A DNA stretch of 35,893 bases from Candidatus Sulfotelmatobacter sp. Lineage in GTDB: Bacteria > Acidobacteriota > Terriglobia > Terriglobales > Acidobacteriaceae. The position numbers and the translations under genes are program-made. Within the stretch, counting starts at the first letter, position 1. Each line of letters opens with the position of its first letter. The notes under the pieces are model-generated. The model was not told where the DNA came from. It searched no databases and worked only from the letters and a program-made list of their open reading frames with translations. This document shows positions 16,657 to 24,249 of this stretch, one piece after another. Location: contig JBEKWZ010000001.1 in the NCBI GenBank assembly GCA_049512555.1, positions 1 through 35,893 of the forward strand, given 5' to 3'.

Positions 16657-16771
16657 GCCCCCTTTGATTGTGGTTACATTTACGTTTTCAATTTACAGAT
16701 CCGGTATTGTGAATCGCGTTTCACGATGCAGGTCGCGGTAAACACCCTGCAACCGCACGACAACTGCAACA

Positions 16772-17914
16772 TCAGAATGCGTAACGCAGTGACTCGGTTA
16801 ACGAGTTGGCGTGAAAATAGCGTGGCGCTGTCGGGCCGACGAACGAACCCTCACCGTACTGGTAATAATTCCAGCCCATGTTGTAAGCCCACTTATGGCC
16901 AATATCCACACTCAGATTGGCCACCGGTTGCTGGTACTTGTATTGCAATGTGCCGAGAGGTTGCAGAATGTTGAACTGCGGAACGTTGCCGTCAACGCTG
17001 GTGATGCTGTAGCCGACGTTAGCCAGCACTCGCTTCGTTGGTCTGAACCTGACGGTGGTCATTCCGAAATTGGTGTGGTTGGTGTAGTACGAATTGGCCA
17101 TCAAGTTATTGGCCGTATCGTTCCCGGCACAATTGTTGTTGACGGCATTGGCCACGAAGGGAAGAATCACTCCGGCTGGCGGGGTGTCGTTGAAACAGAT
17201 CAGAGCATTCTGGATCACGCTGTTGAAGTTGTACGCCAGGTCTATGCCGAAGCGTTCGCGCGGCGCGAGCGACGCGGTCAGTCCGTAGTTCTGGTTGTGG
17301 CCCGCGTACTGGGTCTGTGCGTCAGCGTTGGATCGTTGCAGGATGTTGATCGACCCGCCCAGGGTCGCCCAAGAGCGCGGCGTGTAGGTCGTCTGAAACC
17401 GGTAGCGGGATTCCTTGCGTGGGGACAGTCGAACGAACACACTGTTGAAGTTTGTGTGCTCCAGATCGACATTCAGTCGCAAGGTATGAGTGGGCCGCGC
17501 CCAGAGCTCGAGCAGCGCGGTTTTCTCCAGGCCCACAAAATGGTCCTCGTCTCCGGGCAGAAAATCATTGAAGTGGTTGAAGTCCCGGTCGCCATAGCGG
17601 TAGCCGATCCTCGCCCCGGCTTTTTTCGAAAAGTCCCAGGCCAGTTCGGTCTGATTTCTCGTCCAGGTCTGGTTGAAGGACGACTGCGCTATGGTAGGCG
17701 TCCCTCCTGGAGTTATGGGCGTAGTAAGCGCTGCACTCAGCAGCGAGCACGGCGGCGCTGCGCAGCTATAGTCGAGTTCGTTGAGATTGCCATTCTGTGG
17801 AATGCGATACGCCCAGAAATAGAATTTCTCGATCAGCAGCCGGGCCCGTGCACAATCAGTCTGCGAAGTATCAAGCCTGCACCATGTGTCATACGCAGAT
17901 TCATGGCTCCAATT
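16772..17914 (-). pseudogene. 5'-truncated outer-membrane beta-barrel protein gene
   Basis: The frame is open for 380 codons, but the first ATG/GTG/TTG is the GTG at 17536. The 126 start-less codons upstream (manual translation ...ELAWDFSKKAGARIGYRYGDRDFNHFNDFLPGDEDHF) continue the same beta-strand-like sequence. Stops close the frame at 17915-17917 and again 4 codons further up. There is no signal peptide. The C-terminus ...NSLTESLRYAF ends in the aromatic residue typical of OM beta-barrels. Confidence 0.6.
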
Positions 17915-17980
17915 TCAGCAATGTGTTTTTCAAATAGGAGTATCGATGGAGCCGCCGCCAAAACTCGTCCGAGTCTCGCA

Positions 17981-18103
17981 ATGTTTGCCAGTAGTGAGAC
18001 GGGCGTCCCTTCCGGCGGTTTGGTGCAATGCAGCGACTGCCACAACCCGCACGGCACGGGAACCGTGCGGCAGCTACGGAGCCTGCCCAGTGGTGACGCA
18101 TAA
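17981..18103 (+). pseudogene. Terminal fragment of a multihaem c-type cytochrome gene
   Basis: The last ~40 codons of the long plus-strand shadow ORF read MFASSETGVPSGGLVQCSDCHNPHGTGTVRQLRSLPSGDA-stop. CxxCHNPHG is a motif typical of multihaem cytochromes. Everything upstream in this frame is antisense to the beta-barrel gene, so only a 3' remnant can be genuine. Confidence 0.45.
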
Positions 18104-18230
18104 GGTTTGGCAAAGTCTGCCTTGGCCGAGGTGTGGCATCCGTAACACAGCTGGGGTTGGTCTCATTGACGCGGTGGTGATCTCCGCCGCATACCCTTGC
18201 TCAGAACGTGTTCCAGAAACTAGGTCTCGT

Positions 18231-19421
18231 TCACTGCCGTTCCGCGGTAAAGAAACCTTCATACGTCGAGGGCAGGTAGATATATCCACCAGGGGTGACC
18301 TCTGACGTGGCGACATTGAACCCATAGATCATCAGCTGATCGGTGGAGTATTCGGAAGCGACTCCGTAGACCAGCGTTCCATCCGGGCTGAATTGGGTGA
18401 CCCAATAGGGAACGTAGTTGGAGGAGTCAACGATCTTCTTCTGAGACAATTCGACTTTATCGATCTGGGTCAGGTCGGAGGCGATTGCCATGAAGACGTA
18501 TTTACCCGAGGGATGAGCGAGGCCGGCAGAGGACCCGCAGGCTTCCAACATATCAGCCGTGCACGTCAGCAACGGAGTGCTGGTAGAAGGCACGACAGGA
18601 TAGATATTCACGCTATCGTAACCCTGTGCATAGTCGAATGGGACCACAAAGTCAAACAGTCGGTTGGCCGCGAACTGAACGGATTCATAGCCGCCCGAAT
18701 TTCCATTCTGCCAGCTATACACCTCGACATCGTCACCCAGGGCTCCGCTTGTGAGATTGACCGTGCGCTCGTTGTAACTTGCGATTGTGCCGTGTGCGCT
18801 ACATTGCACTTCATCGTAAAGACTGGTGCCGCTGGCCTTGAAGCCGAGGAGAGATAGTCCACAGAAAGCTGTGCCCTCGGCTCCGTTGCCGAGCGCATAC
18901 GTCGCCTCGAGTTGCGGTTGGTTGAGCTTCCCGGAAGCCGGATTAATCAAATAGCGGCGGATATACCACGGGGTGTTGTAGGAGTCATCGGTATTCACCC
19001 CTTCGAAGACCGCGTAGACAAAGTTAGCTTTCGGATCAACCTGCAGGCCGTTAAAATTTTTCACATTGAATTGCTGAACCACCGGAAGCTGGGGCGAGCC
19101 GGTTGAGTCCGTGGCAAAAACCCAAAGGCGCTGCTGGGTTTGGGAAACGTAGCCGATGTAATAAATGAAGTGGTCGTTCGGGGCGGCAATCAGCCAAGGA
19201 ATCACATCTGGATTGAATACGGCGTTGGGCACTGTGACGGAGCCGACTTGAGTGGGATTTAGAGTCTGAGGGTCTACGTTGTAGGTGACGATGGTTGTTG
19301 ACTCAACCAGGTATACGACTTGAACAGGGGTGGGCGAGGTTTGCGCAACGGCCGAGGAGTTTTGGGCAGAGCTGAGAGTGCCCAGGCAAAGAAGCATGCA
19401 GCAGACGCATGGACGGAACAT
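18231..19421 (-). CDS. Secreted beta-propeller-like hypothetical protein
   Basis: GGAGG lies 5 nt upstream of the ATG. It has a signal peptide (MFRPCVCCMLLCLGTLSSAQ) and recurrent blade-like motifs (HFIYYIGY, NFVYAVFEG, KYVFMAIA, GTLVYGVA). No family was assigned. Confidence 0.75.
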   Translation of the reverse strand: MFRPCVCCMLLCLGTLSSAQNSSAVAQTSPTPVQVVYLVESTTIVTYNVDPQTLNPTQVGSVTVPNAVFNPDVIPWLIAAPNDHFIYYIGYVSQTQQRLWVFATDSTGSPQLPVVQQFNVKNFNGLQVDPKANFVYAVFEGVNTDDSYNTPWYIRRYLINPASGKLNQPQLEATYALGNGAEGTAFCGLSLLGFKASGTSLYDEVQCSAHGTIASYNERTVNLTSGALGDDVEVYSWQNGNSGGYESVQFAANRLFDFVVPFDYAQGYDSVNIYPVVPSTSTPLLTCTADMLEACGSSAGLAHPSGKYVFMAIASDLTQIDKVELSQKKIVDSSNYVPYWVTQFSPDGTLVYGVASEYSTDQLMIYGFNVATSEVTPGGYIYLPSTYEGFFTAERQ

Positions 19422-19572
19422 AAAGACCTCCTACCGGTCCCACTAGGATGTCTGTGCCCAGAGGAGGGTTGGTCAAGTCTTCCTTCGAAACTAGGAATCG
19501 ACCAGCCTCTCTTGGATTTTGCAAAAGTGTGCAATATTGAGCAGTCGAAGCGTTGTGCATCGCCTGGCATGT

Positions 19573-21021
19573 CTACCCGCCGTGTAGCTCTTTCCCCTGG
19601 CTTACCGAGTCACCGTCTCCTCTTTTCAATTCACAAAAAACGATCGTGGAGAGCAATGTCATCCCGCCCAAAACAAAGAATGCGTGGTGGATGCCGTGAA
19701 TGAATTGCTCGGTATTCGAACGATAGCGACTGGGAAGAAAGAAGACCGTTACCAGCGAAGCCGAAGCCACGCCAAAACTGATGGCCATCTGCTGCATCGT
19801 GCTGGCAATCGAACTCGCACCGCTGGCTTGTTCTTCCGTGACATCGGCATAGACAAGCGTGTTCATACTTGTGTATTGCAGCGACGTGAAGAACCCATAA
19901 AAGAATACTTCTGTGACGATCAACCACACCGGGGTAGCCTTCCCGATGGTCGCAAAAAGCAGAATCATCAGGCCAATGACCAGCGTGTTGGAAATCAGCA
20001 CCGCACGGTATCCGACACGACCCAGAATTCTCGGCATTGCCATTTTCAGGCTCATGGCGGCTATGGCCTGCGGCATCATAAGCAGGCCGGATTGAACCGG
20101 GGTGAACCCGAGGCCAACCTGATACAAAAGCGGAAAGAGAAATGGAATGCCGCCAATGCCAAGACGAGTCACGAAGCTACCAGCCACAGCCGCACGAAAT
20201 GTGCGAATGCGAAACAAGGCGAGACGCAGCATGGGATATGGGCTGCGTGTGGCGTGAAACCCGTAACCCGCTAAGAGGAGGATCGAAATCGCCAGGAGCC
20301 CCAGAATTTCGCGCGCGTTCAGCGTATGTTCGCCAAACACCTCAAGCACGTAGGAAAGCAGCGCGACGCCGGATCCGAACAGAATCAGGCCGGTAACATC
20401 CAGGGGCTTGGTGTGCTCGCGATAGTCCGGCAGGTGCCAGTAGACCAGGAACAAACCCACGAGGCCGATCGGAATATTGACGAAGAAAATAAGCCTCCAG
20501 TGAAGATATCCGACGATCAGGCCACCGGCGATCGGTCCCAGCATGGGACCAATTAAACTCGGGATAGCGACGAAACTCATGGCGCGAACCAGTTCGGACT
20601 TGGCGAACGTCCGCACCAGGGTTAGCCGGCCGACGGGTACCATCATCGATCCACCGCAGCCTTGCAAGATGCGGCACGCGACCAGCAAGTGGATGTCGCT
20701 CGATATTCCGCAGAGAAACGATCCTAGCGTGAAGATGCCGATCGCGGAGGAGAATACCCGGCGTGTTCCGAACCGATCAGCCATCCAGCCGCTGATCGGA
20801 ATGAACACCGCAAGGCTCAGGGTGTAGCTTGCGAGCACCGACTTCATGCTGAGTGGAGCAACGTGGAGTGCCGCGGCGATCGTCGGCACCCCGGTATTTA
20901 GAATCGTGGTGTCCAGAGACTCCATGAAAAATGCCACTGCGATCAGCCATGGCAGCAGCCGCTTGCTCGAATCAGGCAACAGCGGTTGCGGGGAGGAAAG
21001 CTCAGTCGGACTTGGCTGCAT
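19573..21021 (-). CDS. MFS transporter, DHA2 (EmrB/QacA-like, 14-TMS) drug:H+ antiporter family
   Basis: 482 aa. N-terminal LPWLIAVAFFMESLDTTILNTGVPTIAAAL and the motif-A-like GWMADRFGTRRVF are present, with about 14 hydrophobic segments. GGAGG lies upstream of the ATG. Confidence 0.88.
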   Translation of the reverse strand: MQPSPTELSSPQPLLPDSSKRLLPWLIAVAFFMESLDTTILNTGVPTIAAALHVAPLSMKSVLASYTLSLAVFIPISGWMADRFGTRRVFSSAIGIFTLGSFLCGISSDIHLLVACRILQGCGGSMMVPVGRLTLVRTFAKSELVRAMSFVAIPSLIGPMLGPIAGGLIVGYLHWRLIFFVNIPIGLVGLFLVYWHLPDYREHTKPLDVTGLILFGSGVALLSYVLEVFGEHTLNAREILGLLAISILLLAGYGFHATRSPYPMLRLALFRIRTFRAAVAGSFVTRLGIGGIPFLFPLLYQVGLGFTPVQSGLLMMPQAIAAMSLKMAMPRILGRVGYRAVLISNTLVIGLMILLFATIGKATPVWLIVTEVFFYGFFTSLQYTSMNTLVYADVTEEQASGASSIASTMQQMAISFGVASASLVTVFFLPSRYRSNTEQFIHGIHHAFFVLGGMTLLSTIVFCELKRGDGDSVSQGKELHGG

Positions 21022-21114
21022 CAGCCTCCGTGGTCGCGTTCATCATTCCGCAGAAAACCAATTATCGCTGATCTGTACATCGATTCACGCTCCATCAGCC
21101 ATTGCAGGCCAGCC

Positions 21115-21207
21115 GGGGCTCGGATTCAAGACTGGGTCAACACCAATTTCAGGTGTGGGATTTTGCGGATTCATAGTGCGCTTCTAAATGTCGTCCTGCA
21201 CGACTAG
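21115..21207 (+). pseudogene. 3'-terminal relic of a second Crp/Fnr-family regulator gene
   Basis: The frame ending at the stop at 21205-21207 reads ...ILRIHSALLNVVLHD-stop. That is 11/15 identical to the C-terminus of the intact Crp gene (VLQVHSSLLNVVLHD-stop). A shifted frame just upstream reads GLGFKTG (compare KLGFVDY). There is no cNMP-binding or HTH coding sequence upstream, because the MFS gene start occupies that space. Confidence 0.55.
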
Positions 21208-21250
21208 TCTCGACAGTCAAAAGCTGCCTCCGAGATAGCCATAAGCAATG

Positions 21251-21457
21251 TCAGGCGTTCGCTGGATCTAATCCGGAGAGCGGCGTTATCTTCAGCGCCA
21301 CGAGAACTTCCAACAATGTGGCCGTGCTGCGAACGCTTCCTGAGATGGAGATCAGTGCCTCTGAGACGAGGGGGTGCTGCTCCGCCAGCAAGTCAAGGCG
21401 GTCACTAACGTTGTACAGTTGCTGAACTTCGTGCAAGATCACATTCGAGTCCATCAT
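21251..21457 (-). CDS. Small helical protein, paralogue B of the 14255-14437 family
   Basis: 68 aa, beginning MMDSNVILHEVQQLYNVSDRLDLLAEQHPLVSEALISISGSVRSTATLLEVLVALK.... About 63% identical to paralogue A over 51 residues. Confidence 0.65.
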   Translation of the reverse strand: MMDSNVILHEVQQLYNVSDRLDLLAEQHPLVSEALISISGSVRSTATLLEVLVALKITPLSGLDPANA

Positions 21458-21614
21458 ATGTGCGGCTTTCTGAGACGCCTGGAGAAGAGAGGAACTTCAG
21501 ATGGGCTCCACGCAAGTTTTGGGGAGACTTGAAAAGGGTTCGCGGTCTAGCTCCGGAACCCTCATTAGGATCAAAAATAGGATCAAGCAGCGTTAAGCGT
21601 GCAGCCCATGTTCG

Positions 21615-21695
21615 CTAGTTGCGCCAACGAGAGTATCCCCAGCCCCCGCCACCGAGCAAAAACAGCACCAAAAGAACAATCAATACGGTTTCCAT
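21615..21695 (-). CDS. Possible 26-aa hydrophobic peptide
   Basis: Below the ORF-track size cutoff. GAGG lies 7-8 nt upstream of the ATG. Manual translation gives METVLIVLLVLFLLGGGGWGYSRWRN-stop, one TM helix plus a Gly/aromatic/basic tail. Confidence 0.4.
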   Translation of the reverse strand: METVLIVLLVLFLLGGGGWGYSRWRN

Positions 21696-21884
21696 TGTTG
21701 TACCTCACTTGATAAGAGGAAGCTGGACTGACCTTTGTCACGGTCATCTCATTTCTTCACTATACCTCATGGTATAAGTGGCGAAGACGCGTGTCTGAGC
21801 ACATTAGACCACTCTAAACGCTCGATTCGTTCAGCGCATCATCCAGGATTGTGAATAGATTCGTTTTGTGATTTCGTAGGGAGT

Positions 21885-23153
21885 TTGGCTTTGACATTTG
21901 CCCCCACTCGATGGATGCGATTGCTGTTGAAGTCGCTCGGTCCTGGCGTTATCACTGGGGCCGCCGACGATGACCCATCCGGCATTGCCACATATTCTGT
22001 CGCCGGAGCACAGCTCGGAACCAAACTTCTCTGGACCGCGCTCCTGACGTGGCCGCTGATGGCTGCCGTTCAAATGATGTGTGCCCGCATCGGCAAAGTG
22101 ACGGGACAAGGCTTAGCGGCGAATTTCAAGCAACGATTTCCAAGTTGGTTGCTACTCGGGGTCGTCACAGCCCTGCTGGCGGCCAACACGATTAATATCG
22201 GAGCGGACCTCGCTGGCATGGCGGATGCGGCGGAAATGCTCTCCGGCATCAAAGCGCACTTTTTCGTTGTGGTTTTCGCGTTTTTGATTTCTTGGGCAAC
22301 AGTTCGGCTCCGTTATCAACAGATGGCGAACATTCTCAAGTGGCTAGTGCTGGTGCTCTTCGCATACCCGATAACCGCATTTGTGGCGAGAGCGGACTGG
22401 AACGGAGTGGCACACGCGACCTTCATACCGTCGATGCCACACACCAGAGATGAATGGTCGATGCTGGTGGCGATTCTCGGCACCACGATCAGTCCGTATT
22501 TGTTTTTCTGGCAGGCAAGTGAAGAGGTTGAAGAGGAAAAGTCGGCAGGTCAGAGTACGCTCGCTGAACGGAGAGGAGCGACACTCAAAGAACTTGAGCT
22601 GAGGAACTTCGATGTAGGTGTTGGTGCGTTTTTTTCCAATGTCGTCATGTTCTTTATCATCCTGACCACGGCGCTCACCCTCAACCGCCACGGCATCACG
22701 CACATCGAGACTACTCGCCAGGCAGCCGAAGCCCTCCGTCCCCTTGCCGGCAAGTTCGCTGCAACCTTGTTTACCATCGGCATTGTCGGCGTCGGGTTTC
22801 TCGCCATCCCAACGCTGGCGGGATCAGCGGCATATGCCTTTGCGGAAACGCTTGGGTGGCGCCAGGGACTGGACAAGAAATTGAAACAGGCCCGTGCGTT
22901 TTACGCTCTCATTCTGCTCTCGACCGTGGTGGGTGTCGGACTGGATTTCGTAGGCATTAATCCCGTGAAGGCACTCTATTGGACGGCAGTCCTCAACGGA
23001 TTGTTAGCTCCCTTTCTTCTCGTCGCAATCCTGGTTATCGCTTCGGACGGCAAGTTGATGCAGGGTCAACCGAGTTCGCGCCTGGGCTGGACCGTCGTAG
23101 CCATCACGACAGTGGCGATGTTCGCCGCTGGCGTAGCCATGTTCGTCGTATAG
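21885..23153 (+). CDS. NRAMP (SLC11)-family transporter, non-canonical metal-site variant
   Basis: About 11 TM helices. The TM1-type motif GPGVITGAADDDPSGIATYS and the TM6-type motif GTTISPYLFFWQASEE place it in the NRAMP superfamily, but DPSG replaces DPGN and SPY replaces MPH. The start is either the TTG at 21885 (GGGAG upstream) or the ATG at 21915. Confidence 0.85.
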   Translation: MALTFAPTRWMRLLLKSLGPGVITGAADDDPSGIATYSVAGAQLGTKLLWTALLTWPLMAAVQMMCARIGKVTGQGLAANFKQRFPSWLLLGVVTALLAANTINIGADLAGMADAAEMLSGIKAHFFVVVFAFLISWATVRLRYQQMANILKWLVLVLFAYPITAFVARADWNGVAHATFIPSMPHTRDEWSMLVAILGTTISPYLFFWQASEEVEEEKSAGQSTLAERRGATLKELELRNFDVGVGAFFSNVVMFFIILTTALTLNRHGITHIETTRQAAEALRPLAGKFAATLFTIGIVGVGFLAIPTLAGSAAYAFAETLGWRQGLDKKLKQARAFYALILLSTVVGVGLDFVGINPVKALYWTAVLNGLLAPFLLVAILVIASDGKLMQGQPSSRLGWTVVAITTVAMFAAGVAMFVV

Positions 23154-23307
23154 CCCTACCGATTTCGTTGCCGTCGAACTGTTCGTGCGGCCGGTTTCGC
23201 CAAACTAATCGTCAAACTGTGCAGTTTGGAACGGACGCGTCAACTTCCCAGGCCTACGCTTGTATCCATCGAGCCTTTGATTTAGTCACGTCCGCTCGCC
23301 TGGTGGA

Positions 23308-23610
23308 ATGAACACTATGACTCATGGCACCAAGAAGCCGGAACCCAAACTACGTAAGGCGCCCCAGCCACCGCTGTCACACGCCGGGGCCATCCCTGAC
23401 TCAGACCGTGCCAAGAGACCACCGCTCTCGGAGCCCGCCGCCACCGGCCAGGAGCTGAGCCCCGGAGATCGCGTCGAGGGCTTAGGCAATTTCGGAAAGC
23501 CTAATGGAGAATTCGGAACAGTTGAGCGAGCTAACGACGAGGATGCGGTCGTCAAGTGGGATGACGACGGTCGAATAAGAGTCCACCAACCATCTCTCAA
23601 GAAGGTTTAA
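23308..23610 (+). CDS. Hypothetical protein (100 aa)
   Basis: The N-terminal half is basic, Pro-rich and probably disordered. The C-terminal ~45 aa look like a small beta domain (GDRVEGLGNFGKPNGEFGTVERANDEDAVVKWDDDGRIRVH). No family was assigned. Confidence 0.45.
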   Translation: MNTMTHGTKKPEPKLRKAPQPPLSHAGAIPDSDRAKRPPLSEPAATGQELSPGDRVEGLGNFGKPNGEFGTVERANDEDAVVKWDDDGRIRVHQPSLKKV

Positions 23611-23820
23611 TCGTCATCAGGCCGGACCAATCCGCCCGTCGCGGCATCTATTGCTGCCGGACTGTTCCGTTTTGCACAGTTTTGGTGGAGTTGCCCTTGA
23701 TACCGTGACCGAGAAAGAAAGAGCGGCGTGATGGCTGAACTAAAAAGAATCGATGAGCACGTCTCGACGGCGGAGTTGATTCCGGCAAAGACCCCGAAAA
23801 ACCCAAGAAGGAGAACACAG

Positions 23821-24000
23821 ATGAACACCAGTACGAAAGATGAGATTAAAGGCACTCTTCATGAAGTAAAGGGCAAAGTCAAAGAGACGGCCGGCAAAGT
23901 GACGAATAATCCCAACTTACAGGCCGAAGGCAACGCCGAAAAAAACACCGGCAAAGTTGAAAAAAAGGTCGGACAGATCGAAAAGGTGTTCGAGAAGTAA
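23821..24000 (+). CDS. CsbD-family stress-response protein
   Basis: The ATG at 23821 follows AAGGAG. The 59-aa product KDEIKGTLHEVKGKVKETAGKVTNNPNLQAEGNAEKNTGKVEKKVGQIEKVFEK is a textbook CsbD repeat pattern. Confidence 0.9.
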   Translation: MNTSTKDEIKGTLHEVKGKVKETAGKVTNNPNLQAEGNAEKNTGKVEKKVGQIEKVFEK

Positions 24001-24249
24001 ATCTGGCGACTCTATCCCGAGCATGTTGATCCTTTTGAGACAGCTGGTGTACCGCCGGTCTCCGCCCAGCACTGCAGAGACCCGGCAGTGCGACAGACCA
24101 GCGCCGGCAGTTCGTCTATCGGATCGGGGCACATATTTCAACGCCTCAAGCCCAATCGACCTCGGCGCCGAACCCGCGTTCCTAAATCCGTCCCCCACCA
24201 AATGGCGCATCTACGCGTCAAAAAGCGAATGTCTGGCCAGGTTAGGACA

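Noticed and set aside
16811-18103. 430-aa plus-strand ORF, the longest ORF in this area
   Set aside because: It runs antisense to the beta-barrel gene for most of its length, and its composition is Arg/Gly/Val-rich, typical of a GC-rich shadow frame. Only its last ~40 codons (the CSDCHNPHG fragment) are treated as meaningful.
19684-20827. Plus-strand ORFs inside the MFS gene (19684-20274, 20142-20396, 20326-20556, 20543-20827)
   Set aside because: They are antisense shadow frames of a well-supported 14-TMS transporter gene.
23607-23855. 82-aa minus-strand hydrophobic ORF
   Set aside because: It overlaps the RBS and start of the clearly recognisable CsbD gene. The hydrophobicity arises from antisense translation of Lys/Glu-rich codons.
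24088-24249. 5' extension of the AI-2E transporter ORF
   Set aside because: The extension is Arg/Ser-rich and not family-like. Internal ATGs exist at 24202, 24229 and 24250. The exact start remains uncertain.
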